The notes: generated by a model from the letters alone, not told the origin. A stretch of 63,877 nucleotides of DNA, filler included, from Octopus bimaculoides (GCF_001194135.2; 9 parts of 9 records of this genome joined end to end with filler, not necessarily neighbours in it), one strand, 5' to 3'; counted from the first letter of the whole stretch, positions 39,153-52,910 are shown. Made by a program: numbers and translations.

Positions 39153-39969
39153 TGTAGAACCCTAGATAGCACTGTCAAGTTGAAAGACCGAAATCAGAAA
39201 CGTTAAGAAACAAAGTTTGTACCAGCACCGATGTTCAGAATATATTTTCCTTCTAATGTTGGTAACAGCAACTGTGAGATGAGAGGGAAATCGATAGTAT
39301 CAATCGCATTGCTCAAGAAACGCCTACTTTATCAAACCTGGAGAGTTTGAACTCAGAGTGTTATACTCTAGAAGAAATTCGACTAAGGTTCTTATACGAC
39401 ACGCTACTTTAAGTGACGATGATAATATGCAAGAGCATTTCTGTCAACAGAGGATGCAAGGTCGCCTTAAGATATGAGCACAATTGACAAATTCCAAGGG
39501 CCTCAACGGGTTTAGGAGCTTAATTCTGGCTTATGTATATTCTGGAATGTTGTCAATAAATAAATACTATAGGATCCACTGCATTGATTTTCCCAGGGCC
39601 CTGTAATGCTGCTAAGGTAGTTCTGGTAGCATGAAGAAGTGCAAAATTTCTTCCGGACTATAATGCTTGTTAATTAAATTCAGAACAGCGAAAGTGTCAC
39701 TGCTCCGGGTGTCATTAAGGAACTTCGCTACTTTATTGAGAATCAATACATTCGGTAGTCGAGAAATGTGAGGAAGTCTAACATCTAGTGCTAAAATCTT
39801 TCACACATGACTGTCCCGTCGTAATATCTAAAACTACACCACTACATTATCGAATGAGTCATTTCTATAGAACGGCAGGTCGTGTGTGATAGTGCATTCT
39901 TCTGCAAATGGGAAGATTAGGAATATTCGTAGTTTAGAATTTTTACAGGCATCGATATGTATTTCTTCT

Positions 39970-40180
39970 TTTTTTTAATTTACTTGTTTCAGTTATTCGA
40001 CTGTGGTCATACTGGGGTACCACCTTGAAGAGTTTAGTTGAACAAATTTTATTTTTAAGTCTGGTACTCATGATATCGATTTCTTTTGCCGAACTGCTAA
40101 ATTCCAGAGGCATAAACAAACCAACACCAGTTTTAAGCGCTGATTGGGAACACAAATTCAAAGAGAGACGCACACACACA
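39970..40180 (-). mobile_element. SINE family B 3' half
   Basis: tttacttgtttcagttattcgactgtggtcatactgggg... Confidence 0.75.
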
Positions 40181-40181
40181 C

Positions 40182-40235
<54 letters not shown>

Positions 40236-40504
40236 TCTATACTTTTATTATTCTTAAACAAGAATATTATTCACAGTGACTTTGAAATGTCACAGANNNN
40301 NNNNNNNNNNNNNNNNNNNNNNNNNNNNNNNNNNNNNNNNNNNNNNNNNNNNNNNNNNNNNNNNNNNNNNNNNNNNNNNNNNNNNNNNNNNNNNNNNNNN
40401 NNNNNNNNNNNNNNNNNNNNNNNNNNNNNNNNNNNNNNNNNNNNNNNNNNNNNNNNNNNNNNNNNNNNNNNNNNNNNNNNNNNNNNNNNNNNNNNNATAT
40501 ATAT

Positions 40505-41010
40505 ATAGGTAGGCAGAGCTAACGGTTGGAATAAATAACCGTTTAAGGGATAATAGTATCCATATTCTTACTATCGGTATCATTTACCCATGCTATCCCT
40601 GGGCATGGATAACCAATAAATATTTCCCTAGATCACTGCTAGTTCACTCTTTTGCCTATCGACTTCAAACTCCACGCTGCAAAATGGTATTATTTTAATA
40701 TATTGAGCCTTCTAGCCTGATCTCGAGACCTTTTTCTTTCCTTTTCCCTCTTCCCTTCGTTTATTTTATTTTATGCTTTTGTATCCACTCTGATGAAGCT
40801 CCATGTACTAGATCAAATGTGGTATGAAGATGACGAATATTATTTTCGGAATTTTTTCGTAAGCACCGACTGATATTCGCAGCGGAAACGGCCGTAAGAA
40901 ATGTTATGTCATGTTTTGTATTAAGAGATAATCAACCGATGTTGGTCAATTTGTTTGTTGATCAAAAGTTTTCTCCATTTTCTGTTTATTTAAATTTATA
41001 TATATATGTG
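40505..41010 (+). mobile_element. PLE-like 3' terminus ending in (TA)n with hammerhead-like motif 40790-40896
   Basis: CTGATGA-A-GCT...AGC-G-GAAA-CGGCCG-TA; ACGGCCGT is palindromic; ~80-nt loop II; weak helix I. Confidence 0.5.
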
Positions 41011-41037
41011 CATGTATGTATACGCCGACCTTACACA

Positions 41038-41182
41038 CACTTTCCACCTATCAAACTCACTTATTAGGCATTGGTCTGTTCGGGGCTATAGCAGAGGTCA
41101 CTTACCCAAGATACTGTATAGTGGGAATGAATCCGAAACCTGGTGGCATCAAAACCAGCTTCTAACCTACACAGCCATGCCT
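41038..41182 (-). mobile_element. SINE family B head, degenerate
   Basis: Reverse complement of ggcatggctgtgtagg...ggattcattcccacta...ctatagcccc. Confidence 0.65.
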
Positions 41183-41582
41183 TGAATAATACGAACGTGA
41201 GTAAAGTGATAGCGTACATACATACATACATACATACATACAACTAAATAGATATTCCAATCAGTCATGGTCTATAAGTAACAAGACAGGTTCTATTATA
41301 TAAGAAAGCTATGGACGTTTATTAAACAAATAAATATACTGCAATACATAATATTTATACTGTTGTTTGTTAATCAGTAACGGTAAACAGATGTACCAGC
41401 AATTAATATAACCACGTATAAAGTATGAAGTATTCTTTCATCTGACGTTGAGTCATTTTCTCTTAATACCCCAGCGAGCAGAATTACATTAAGTTGGTGA
41501 AATATATATATAATGTGTAGCCCAGTATTTGAGTGTGTATCTCAGTGCCATCTTTCACTATAATGACATATAAATTAATTAT

Positions 41583-42123
41583 AAGCGCAGACGTGGTTAT
41601 GTGTTAAGAAGTTTTCTTCCCGACTACATGGTTCCGAGTTCGGTTCACTGGCACGTACTATAACCACAGGTCCATTAAAGCCTTGTAGGTAAATTTGGTA
41701 GAGTGAAACTAAAAAAAACTAGGTGTGGATGTGTGGTAAGAAGCCTGCTTCCCAACCACATGGTTCCCGGTTCAGTCCCACTGCGTGGCACCGTGGACAA
41801 ATACCTTCTACTGTAGCTTCGGGCCGACCAAAGCCTTGTGAGTGGATTTGGTAGACGGAAACTGAAAGACACCCACCTTATATACATATGTGTGAGTGTG
41901 TGTGTGTGTGTGTGTGTGCGTGTGTGTGTGTGCGTGTGTGTGTGTCCTCCCACCATCGCTTGACAACCGATGTTGGTGTGTTTACGCCCCCGTAAATTGG
42001 CGGTTCGGCAAAAGAGACCGATAGAATTAGTACTATGCTTACAAAGAATAAGTCTTGGGATCGATTTGTTCGACGAAAGGCATGACCATAATCAAGGGAT
42101 GAAACAAGCAAAAGAATAAAACA
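41583..42123 (+). mobile_element. Partial SINE B head followed directly by a full SINE B copy
   Basis: Two successive heads (41583, ~41722), then (TG)n and tail. Confidence 0.85.
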
Positions 42124-42149
42124 GTACATACATATTTATATATATATAC

Positions 42150-42182
<33 letters not shown>

Positions 42183-42335
42183 GCCAAGAAAGTAATATTT
42201 CGAACACAGTTTCACCGTGAAAACTGCAGAAAAATTGGGTATTATTATCTTTGCAAGATGGGAAAAGTTTTCAACAAACACCCACGGGACTCGAACCTGC
42301 GGCTCTGAGAGACGGGCTGAGTACTTTACGATTAT
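42183..42335 (-). mobile_element. SINE family F (tRNA head, (TA)n end)
   Basis: Minus strand cgtaaagtactcagccc...caggttcgagtcccgtgggtgtttgtt. Confidence 0.6.
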
Positions 42336-42711
42336 GTATGTCGGTATATATGTGTGTGCATCTGAGTATGTATCTATTTATGTGTGTAGATTATAAGATA
42401 TAATTTACGAGTGTATGATTTTAGTTAACCGAGATGTGAAAGAAGACAAAGCGGTTATATCACTTATTCACTCAGTGGACATAAAAGCGGTTTACCGTTA
42501 AAGTTTATTATGTCTCGTCAGAGAAATGGTAAGATCTTGTCCACAGAGAGAATATTAGCTTATAGATAATATTAGATACGCAAACACGAACACAGCTACT
42601 TTGATCTGCATATATTTTTTAACTCGACAAGTGTGAGCAGATTGTGCTCAAACAGCCGCGCTAAATTATATAGTTACTACAATACACGATTGTAGTATTT
42701 GACTTGCGTTT

Positions 42712-42930
42712 GGGGCTGTTAGCTGACAGAATCGTTAGCACGTCGGGTAAATTGCTTAGCGGCATTTCGTCCGTCTTTACGTCCTGAGTTTAAATTCAGT
42801 CGAGGTTGACTTTGCATTTCATCCTTTCGGGATCAGTAAAATAAGTACCAGTTGAGCACTGGAGTCGATATCATTGACTTAGTCCCTCACCCAAATCTGT
42901 TGGCTTTGTGCCAAAAATTCAAAACCAATA
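42712..42930 (+). mobile_element. SINE A-type, full head and body with alternative 3' tail
   Basis: agctgacagaatcgttagcacg...gagcactggagtcgat...ggctttgtgccaaaaattcaaaaccaata. Confidence 0.8.
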
Positions 42931-42978
42931 TTTTACTTGTATTCCTACTTATTCTAAACCGTTTTTCAGTGCTTCCAT

Positions 42979-43058
<80 letters not shown>

Positions 43059-43293
43059 NNNNNNNNNNNNNNNNNNNNNNNNNNNNNNNNNNNNNNNNNN
43101 NNNNNNNNNNNNNNNNNNNNNNNNNNNNNNNNNNNNNNNNNNNNNNNNNNNNNNNNNNNNNNNNNNNNNNNNNNNNNNNNNNNNNNNNNNNNNNNNNNNN
43201 NNNNNNNNNNNNNNNNNNNNNNNNNNNNNNNNNNNNNNNNNNNNNNNNNNNNNNNNNNNNNNNNNNNNNNNNNNNNNNNNNNNNNNNNNNNNN

Positions 43294-43655
43294 TGAACAA
43301 ATTGATACCGGTACTTGTTTCTTAGTCTGCTATATATTTTATCATTATCAGCTGCCGAAGTGCCAAGTTACGGGCAGGCAAGCGGAACAACGCCGATTGA
43401 CAAGCGGAAAAGGTTACAAACGCACACACTCACACACACTCACACTCACACATACACACACACACACACATACGCACACACAAACTCATACATACACACA
43501 CACATATATATACACATACCATGGGCTTCCATACAGTTTCCGTCAACTAAATTCATTCAGAAGATATTACTCGGTCCACTTTATCCATGTTGCTTCACAG
43601 TGGGACTGAACCCGAAACCGCACGGTTTTAAAGCGTGACTTACTGGTATGCCACA
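43294..43655 (-). mobile_element. Old SINE family B copy
   Basis: cagtttccgtc and cagtgggactgaacccg motifs in reverse orientation. Confidence 0.6.
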
Positions 43656-43713
43656 ACGTTGCATACTTAAGATTAAACTCAATGACGGATTAACAGCACC
43701 ACTCAATGTGTGT

Positions 43714-44068
43714 GTGTTTTGATTGTTCGTAAGCTCGCTGCATATAGCGCTTTGAGGACGACTCCCTCATAGTTCTGGGTGTTAAAACACATGAGAGTCA
43801 TAGACAGGCCAGACGAGAGGCGAGTTGGTTCTTACACTTTTTGTATATAGCCATAGACTGGCAATTCGGTTCGTCCCCGGTTCGTTTCAGGTATGTGATG
43901 TTGATAAGCCACAAAAATAACGAAATATCTGTATCCATCACCCTTGAATGAGATTGGATTCCAGTTGTCTCGGCTGTCCATGACCTTTTGATGTTTTAAC
44001 ACCCAACGTAATGAGGTAGTCGTCTCTCAAAGCGTTATTTGTAGCGGAACAGCGAACAAGCAAAACAC
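43714..44068. mobile_element. Foldback element with ~100-bp diverged inverted arms
   Basis: gcgctttgaggacgactccctcat..tgggtgttaaaaca (43747-43790) pairs with tgttttaacaccca..atgaggtagtcgtctctcaaagcgt (43992-44035). Confidence 0.75.
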
Positions 44069-44349
44069 ATACATCAAGTATGTGCGATCGATAATGTTTT
44101 ACAACACTAGCGTTGGTTTTAATATGTAATTGTGTGTATATGTGTGTGTGTATGTATATAAAATATATGAATATCTATAGTATACATATGATATATATAA
44201 ACACATATATAATATATGAAGATAAATTACATAGAGAGATACTATTGACAATCCAATAATTTATTTATATTATATTATATTATAATATTACATAATATAC
44301 TATGACTATAATATAACGTAATATTATATAACATAAAGAATTATTAAAC

Positions 44350-44391
44350 AACCCAAAACGGCCAACAAATTGTTTCGACTTATACACATTT

Positions 44392-44452
<61 letters not shown>

Positions 44453-44610
44453 ATAACTGTTCCCTTATATATATATAAGTCGCTTCAGGGTCATGGCTTA
44501 AAGATAGACGAAGTTCCGCGTGAAAGGACGGCTGGATTGTAAAAGTAATTCAAATGTATATGTATTATGAGCGTGAGCGTTAACTATTCAATCATACATT
44601 CAATTATACA
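44350..44610 (-). mobile_element. PLE-like terminal repeat with degenerate hammerhead whose loop II contains (TA)n
   Basis: Minus strand cc-CTGAAG-C-GACTTATA...TATAAGTC-GAAA-CAATTTG-TT-GG. Confidence 0.6.
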
Positions 44611-44614
44611 TACT

Positions 44615-45125
44615 TGGAGAAATGTTTTTATGTCAGGGAAGGGTGAATTCAGCTACCTATATTTCTATGTTATCGGATGTTTTAGAGCCATCTATTGCTA
44701 AATTGCATCCAGGAGTGTCGAAAAACAGTGTTATCTTTCAAATGGACAACGCTCCATGTCATAGAGCAAAGAATACTCGTCAATGATTTGAGACACAGAG
44801 TATTGTTCTCATGGACCGACCAGCTCAAATTCCCGATCTAGATCCGATCGAACACATATAGGGAACTCTTGGTGAAGCTATCAAGAACACAACAATTAAA
44901 AATAAAGAGCATTTGTACCACAAGTTAAGAGAATGGAGTAAAACTTCACCTAGCACCTGCAAGAAACTAGTTTATTCAATGCCTAACCGTATAAAAGCTG
45001 CAATTAATGCTAAAGTAAGGTCAACCAGATATTAAAACTAATGTATATTGTGCACGAGTTTCATTAACATTGAGATAGCAGAACCCCAAAACACTGGGGT
45101 GGTCTAATACTCTGGGCTAAAGCTG
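44615..45125 (+). pseudogene. Tc1 (DD34E) transposase C-terminal half and right TIR
   Basis: FQMDNAPCH...PAQIPDLDPIEH with 34 residues between D and E; MPNRIKAAINAK; in-frame stops; ends ...CTG-TA. Confidence 0.88.
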
Positions 45126-45404
45126 TATATATAAATCCAATTCTGCTTGCTCGTTCGTACGTTATACTTTTGTTAGCTAGAAAGTCAGATATTCGGATTC
45201 AGACTGTAAGGTCGAGTCAGACTATTATTATTGAGTAACTCCAACCTCGTGTGTTGAGTGCTACCTACTTACTTCACTCAAACGTTTATTTATTCGCACA
45301 CATATACATATACATTTGTATGCATATATTTAAATACACATTTACACATATGTACCCATATATATAATATATACATGCATGCATACATACGTACGTACAC
45401 ACAC

Positions 45405-45444
<40 letters not shown>

Positions 45445-45863
45445 GCACATACACAAACAAACATATTATGATAATAAAAATTATGTTTATTTTAGAGTGA
45501 ATGGAATCGCATTGAGATTGATTCCATTGTCCGTTGTTTTCCATTTTACAGTTCCCCTCTGGGTAGAAAAAACTCCCCTTTAGTTGGAGATTAAAAGATG
45601 TGTGAAGACGTTGCAAAGATTTACTTTTGAAACTCCAGTGTGGAACTACCGCAAGATCATATCTTGAAACGGTGCCAGGCTTATATGTCTGGCTTTCACG
45701 TAAATGTAAATGCCACATGCTGTTTGATCAAAAGTTGGTCCAAACAAGGCGAAGCTGTGATCAGTTTTCAATTGTCGATAGAAGCCACTTTATTTCAATT
45801 TAATCACACAAGTAATGGCCTTCATAACAACATAATACTTAACTATGTGCGTGCGTTTATATA

Positions 45864-45908
<45 letters not shown>

Positions 45909-46472
45909 ATACATATATATATACATATATATATATACATACGTATATACATATATATATATTATATATATATATATACATATTTATATATCTATACATA
46001 TATGTATATATATACATATAATTATATATATATACATATAATATATACATGTTATATATNNNNNNNNNNNNNNNNNNNNNNNNNNNNNNNNNNNNNNNNN
46101 NNNNNNNNNNNNNNNNNNNNNNNNNNNNNNNNNNNNNNNNNNNNNNNNNNNNNNNNNNNNNNNNNNNNNNNNNNNNNNNNNNNNNNNNNNNNNNNNNNNN
46201 NNNNNNNNNNNNNNNNNNNNNNNNNNNNNNNNNNNNNNNNNNNNNNNNNNNNNNNNNNNNNNNNNNNNNNNNNNNNNNNNNNNNNNNNNNNNNNNNNNNN
46301 NNNNNNNNNNNNNNNNNNNNGTGTGTGTGTGTGTGTGTGTATGTATATATAGTGCATATGTGTATAAATGTAAATGTAATGCACATACATACTTTTGTGT
46401 ATGTATGTATGTATGTATTTATACCCATACATTTATAGACATATAGATATAAGCATGCATAGATAGACAGAC

Positions 46473-46543
<71 letters not shown>

Positions 46544-46638
46544 AAACATTAAACTTATGGATTACTTTATGTTATTTGTAGAGTACATGTTTATTATACC
46601 TTGACAAGAAGAATCATGATAGTGACTTCGAAACTTCG

Positions 46639-46684
46639 GACACTCCGATGACGCGTAGCAGACCGAAACTTCGAAGTCACTGTC
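46639..46684 (+). ncRNA. Degenerate minimal hammerhead (U4->C) within a local inverted repeat
   Basis: GACACT-CCGATGA-...-GAAA-CTTCGAAG-TC-ACTGTC: palindromic ACTTCGAAGT, GUC site, 5 of 6 helix I pairs; helix II poor. Confidence 0.55.
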
Positions 46685-46725
46685 ACCACTCTTCCATAAA
46701 TATATTTACTCTAAATGATGCTTAG

Positions 46726-46775
<50 letters not shown>

Positions 46776-46810
46776 CCTCACACCTATACATCCACACATA
46801 TATGCACACG

Positions 46811-47038
46811 CGGCGAGCTGCAAGAAACGTTAGCACGCCGGGCGAAATGCTAAGCGGTATTTCGTCTGCCGCTACGTTCTGAGTTCAAATTCCGCCGTGG
46901 TCGACTTTGCCTTTCATCCTTTCGGGGTCGATTAAATAAGTACCAGTTACGCACTGGGGTCGATATAATCGACTTAATCCGTTTGTCTGTCCTTGTTTGT
47001 CCCCTCTGTGTGTAGCCCCTTGTGGGTAGTAAAGAAAT
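46811..47038 (+). mobile_element. Full-length young SINE family A
   Basis: Near-identical to 6241-6472. Confidence 0.92.
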
Positions 47039-47772
47039 GACACACACACACACGCACTCACACCTGCACGCAATCATACACACACAAACACACACAAACA
47101 CACACACACACGAGAATTATGTTGAAAGTATTGCTATAATGAGCATAACTAATTTATCAATTGGTATATGTTGTTCGAATTGCATATGTTGCTAGAGTAC
47201 TCTCTTCGTACTAACTCTTTTTCCTGATATAATTCAGTGCAGGCAAGCAGAAGTAACGTGGGTTCATTCTGTTTTTGACAAAGGATAGGTAGAGTGTTCC
47301 TAACATCCAGAGAAGGTTACACGTTACTACGAAGGCAACACCATTGATATGAGTGATGCACACTGGTTGCTGTCGATCCGTCTAAGTTCTATGATACAAA
47401 CTTCCTGATTTAAAGTTATTTAACATACAAACTTTCATCAAAATTTGATGTTAGGCTTCAGAAAAAAATACCAGTTTGAAAATGATATAGTTAATTTTCT
47501 TAATATTTCATTGTCTTCAAAATTAATTGATATTAAATCAATGAATTTCAACAGAAAGTATTAAAGAATGGAAAACCAGTATACAAGACAAATCACACAA
47601 CAGGACACCAACTTCGACCAGAGAGAGAAAGTGTAATAGGTGGGTAGTTTGATAGGTTAAATGTACGGATATATATTCATCGATATACCCTTCAAATCCC
47701 AGTGTGTAAATGAGTGAGTGAGTGAGTGAGTATGCGTGTGTGTGTATATGATTGTGTTTGTGTGTGAATGTG

Positions 47773-47831
<59 letters not shown>

Positions 47832-47883
47832 AATGATGTAATTAATGATAAAAGTGGAAGAAAATATTCAATTCAGTCCACCA

Positions 47884-47985
47884 ATTGCCATTCTGTCGGT
47901 TACAACGGCTTGGGGTCCCAGATGATCCGATCTTCAGAGCAGCTTGCTCATGAAATTAACGTCCGTGAAGTAGAGACGCCATCTT
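47884..47985 (-). mobile_element. SINE family E tail fragment
   Basis: gccattctgtcggttacaacg..gatccgat..gctcatgaaattaacgt, as in 17705-17780. Confidence 0.55.
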
Positions 47986-48257
47986 GATTCTTTTTTTCCA
48001 AAATATCTCGTATATAATCCTTCCTACTGGGTACAGATATGTCCTTTAGCGAAACATCCAGTGTTATTTTATCCATCATCTTGGTAGGCTAAAGTATAGC
48101 ACCTTCCTCCCGGAAATCGTAAATCGGTTGTGGTTAATGGATAATAAAACGAATGATAACCTGGTAGCTTACTGGTAAAGCACAGTCACTTTCACAGTGA
48201 TCGTTATGTATGTGGCAAATGAAAACAGAAGATGGAATATACGAGACTTTATTATCA

Positions 48258-48306
48258 ATCACGACAATTGTTTCGACACATCTGGCATCGATTCGTCTTC
48301 GGTGAT
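48258..48306 (-). ncRNA. Degenerate minimal hammerhead (U4 deleted)
   Basis: Minus strand ATCAC-C_GAAGA-C-GA...TC-GAAA-CAATTG-TC-GTGAT: perfect 5-bp helix I, palindromic ACAATTGT, GUC site. Confidence 0.6.
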
Positions 48307-48528
48307 ACACTCAACAACTGGTTCAGGAGCATCCGGCGGTGCAGATGCATCTCGTCGGGTTATAAATAAATGCAACTCGTTAAAATTAACTGTTCCGCAA
48401 TGTAACTTCTCGTTTTGTAGAAAGAAAAGCAGCCAGACGGAGGAAATATCTTCATTTATATAGAAGATCAAAAGTAAAATTACAGACGGCAAAAAGAGAA
48501 ACGAACACGCATATACACATACAGATAT

Positions 48529-48559
<31 letters not shown>

Positions 48560-49818
48560 GTGAGTGTGTTACTGACATAGGAACAAATGAGTTAGTATCG
48601 CAATAGATGCAAAACACGTCCCCGAGTAGATTAAATTCTACTACACTTTCGAAGAGCTTCCCACATCTGCAAATTGAAAAGCTTATGTATCTACACTTCC
48701 TTCTATCTGTCTATCTATCTATCTAATATATATATATACATACACACATACACACACACACACNNNNNNNNNNNNNNNNNNNNNNNNNNNNNNNNNNNNN
48801 NNNNNNNNNNNNNNNNNNNNNNNNNNNNNNNNNNNNNNNNNNNNNNNNNNNNNNNNNNNNNNNNNNNNNNNNNNNNNNNNNNNNCATATACATATATATA
48901 TATATACATATATATATATAGATATAGATATAAATACATATATATATACATACATATATATATACATACACACACATACACACATACACACACACACACA
49001 CATACACATACATACATAAATGAATACAATATATATATATAACGCAATAAATAAATAAATTCATGGCGATAAATTGACATCAATATTTCCTTTCTCTTTC
49101 CTTTCTTTCTTTATTTCTTAGAGAGAATTTACAAGAGTTGCAAAAGATAGCCATAGCGTGTGAAATTAAATTTATAATTCAATTTGTAGCACTTGGATGT
49201 TGGAAAGTATTATAAATAGGAAGAGCATATTTGGTAATAAAAGATAATGATTGAAGCCAGGATAGAACACGGAAACAAGAGAGAAAATATTAACCAATTT
49301 AATATAAGTAACTAAATAAATATATACATGTATAGATATATACACACATATATGTGTACATATTTGGGTGTGTGTGCGTGTGTGTGCGTGTGCGTCCGTG
49401 TATGTATGTGTGTGTGAGAGTGAGCGCGCGATTGTGTGTGTAAATTGAATTTTAGAATCCACCGTAGGACTGACCAGAGAGGAAGCAATATGATGGTATA
49501 TCAAACGAAGCTTTGAGCTTATTAAATGATGCGTTTTAATCGTATTTTTCTTAGCTCTTGCAAATGTGGTCGGTGACGGAGCGACATGAGTATTCGTTTA
49601 GTTCTGCGACTAAGGCAAAATTCTAGCAATCGTTATGATGGAAGTCTTAGAATAGCTACCAGCCTCCTCAGCAGTACCCAGCCATTAATGTGAATGTTAG
49701 TGAAAACTATCAGTCATTTCACATACACAGAAATACATACACACTCACACACGCACTAATACAAATACATATATGCAAACGCAAACACACTCACACACAA
49801 ATACAAACACATACACAC

Positions 49819-49855
<37 letters not shown>

Positions 49856-50043
49856 CATATACTTTCACTCATACATATGCGCACACACATATGTGTGTAT
49901 ATGTATATATTAATGGATGTATATAAATCGGCTGAAAATCACAAAAGTGAATCAAGGGCCGAGAATTCCGTGAATGACACTTGTACAGACATATTGAGTT
50001 CTAATGCTGCCAAATTTCACACGCCCACGCACTCACACCTGCA

Positions 50044-50120
<77 letters not shown>

Positions 50121-50149
50121 TTATATTTATATCTATGTTTTATATATGC

Positions 50150-50830
50150 CTTGTCTGATCAATAAGTATCCGGACTGGTGGCATAGTAATGAAATTAAAG
50201 CACGCAGAGTAAAGTCGCTTGCCATAGATTGACTTTGAGCTCTGCTGTGCATGTGTAGTAGGTTTTCACGCTCTACATCACTTTTGCTATTTACTTCCAA
50301 AGAGTTTTCATCGTTCTCGACACAATCAATTGAAACCCGAGTGTCTTTTTGGTCATCTGAAAGCAGCTTTGGCACAAACTTGGCAGATACGCGTCTCATA
50401 CCCAAATCTTCTGTGATAATGAACTGAACTGAACTGTAACTAATCTGCACGCGCACTCATAACTCACAGATGGTGATTCGACGATTTCTCCTCACAGCTG
50501 CACACACATTTGCGATGTTTTTTCTCAGTTCTGCTGGTTGCGGGTCTCCCAGAACGTTCGTCAATATCGACATATTTTCGGCCATCTTGCAAACGTCTGA
50601 ACCATTCGTACCCTATTTGTGCGGCTCATACGCTCCTCTTTATACACTTTCTGCAACTTTACGTAGGCCCCTGAACAGGTATCGCCATGACAACTTTCTC
50701 TGTCATGGTCAATGCGACAATCACACGCTACACACCTTCCTTTCAAGCACTACTGCAAACTCCAGAAATGAGCTCGAACTGTAAAACTTAAGGTGCATGC
50801 ACAGCAGCGTTCAAGGTCAGTCTCAGAAAT
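50150..50830 (-). pseudogene. mariner transposon relic (N-terminal half, internally deleted)
   Basis: LQKVYKEE.MSRT, ERSGRPATSRT, LGMRRVSAKFVPKLLSDDQK; TIR-like tgatcaataagtatccggact. Confidence 0.85.
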
Positions 50831-52202
50831 GATGTCGTTCATGAGTGTGTAAGTCCTATGATTGTTTCTGCTTCAACTTCATATCTCCTCTTCCTAACTT
50901 CACGCAAATTTCCCATTTGATATTTACACCTTGTTCACTGTGTTTTCATATTTTAAATTCGTATTGCCCGGGCGGCAGTTATTGCAAGAGGGTAAGCACT
51001 TCTAGATAATTCATAAATCATAGCGGGTTGAGATGTTATAATTTTAAATCTTAGACTGAAAAATAATACCTACAAAACTTACATAATTAAAATTTTTTGT
51101 CGATTCAGTACAAATTTACTCTTAAACATCATTTAGTCATAATTAACCATTTCATCCTTTTTTGAAATAATCAGCATGACATAACCCCAGGCAAATATAT
51201 TAAATGTTTCACAAAGCGATAGAGTTGAAAAGATATTCAAAGAGCGTGTGGTTTATTATCTTTTTTCCGTTACTTCTTTTTCTTCATATTGTAATATCAT
51301 TTCCGTGTTATTTTTAATATTATTGTGTGCGAGTGCGTGTGTGCATACGTGGCTGTGCACATGCGTAACAAAGGAAGATGGTGACTGTCAGCTACTAGTC
51401 GACTAAACAAGTATATTTGTGAAGCTACATGTGTGTGTGTGTGTGTTTATGCATGTGTGTTTGTGTGTGTGTGTATGTGTATGCTTGCGCTCGTGTGTGT
51501 ATGTGTGCATGCGTGTATGTGTTTGTCTATGCTCTTACTTTTCGTATATGTGCATTGATATGAGTATGTGTAAATATATATAAATACATACATATATCTA
51601 TGAATGTACAAATATACATACATACTGACATATATGCATATACTTGTTTTTGTAGAAATTAGAGGGAAAAAGGGAAACGGAAGACAAATGCATTTTATTC
51701 TCGTAATCGTTGCTATTATTTCATAAGGATTACTATATATCCATATGATGTCAATGTGCGATCCTATTATGCGTTTATATTTGCACTTACATACCTATAT
51801 ATATACATATGACTATGTATGAAAAAATTTTCCAAACATTCTTTGGCCTGTCTATGGAATAAAACGTACGATGCTGTTTTCTTTCTTGCTGTTTACTCGT
51901 TAATTATGTTGGACTCAACGTTTCCGGCGCACGTCTTCTCCTCTGCGTACCTCCTTCATTTACGCATGTGATATGCTTCGTGCTTCTATTTTGTACATAT
52001 ATGCATAAACACACACATTCACACATACAGGTACATACATATATACACAGATGCATATATGTGAGTGTATACATATGTATAAATATGGGTGTATGTTTAT
52101 ATTATACACACGTACATATATATGTATTTATATTTATATATATTTATATGAATATATTTATTATATACACATACATATGTATGTATACATGCATACATAG
52201 AA

Positions 52203-52240
<38 letters not shown>

Positions 52241-52369
52241 GCTACATTGTCTTTGTGATAGTCGTAATTTTTTTTGTTCTTCTTGCCATTTTTTTTCTAC
52301 AGGTTCTGAATTATTTCTGCTCAAATTTTGTTTGACAGCGGGAAGTAATAAATTTAGCATTAGCATATG

Positions 52370-52374
52370 GCAAC

Positions 52375-52442
<68 letters not shown>

Positions 52443-52576
52443 CAAGAAAAAGAAGAAGAAGAAGAAGAAGAACAACAACAACAACAGCAACAATAGCAAT
52501 AATAATAATGATGATGAGGATGATGAGGATGATGAGGATGATGATGGTGGTGGTGGTGGTGGTGGTGGTGGTGGTG

Positions 52577-52656
<80 letters not shown>

Positions 52657-52660
52657 AGTA
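52370..52660. repeat. Compound trinucleotide array (AAT/AAG/AAC/GAT/GGT)
   Basis: Direct reading; explains the homopolymer ORFs. Confidence 0.95.
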
Positions 52661-52910
52661 ATACTACGATTATAACAGAACCTCCGATCATTGGTCACAA
52701 GTGCACACGCATACAATATTAATATATGTTGCAAAAACCGCATTGCATGAATTTAATGTCACATAAAACGCGTTGTAGAACGTGTAGGTTTGTAAGTGTG
52801 TAGACATGTGTATATAATAGACAGGGTTTGATGTAGAAAACATGATACAATATATTAAGAGAGTTTAAAACGTATTTATACAAAGTAAATGCATATGCAT
52901 GCACGTATAT

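Noticed and set aside
30324-45125. Idea that the Tc1 5' half (30.3 kb) and Tc1 3' half (44.6-45.1 kb) are one element split by insertions
   Set aside because: The terminal sequences (CAGTAGTGTGCAAAAT versus CAGCTTTAGCCCAGAG) are not matching TIRs
48197-48492. Overlapping ORFs with nearby splice-like signals as a host exon
   Set aside because: No recognisable protein, and the patch is better explained as a repeat terminus containing a hammerhead remnant
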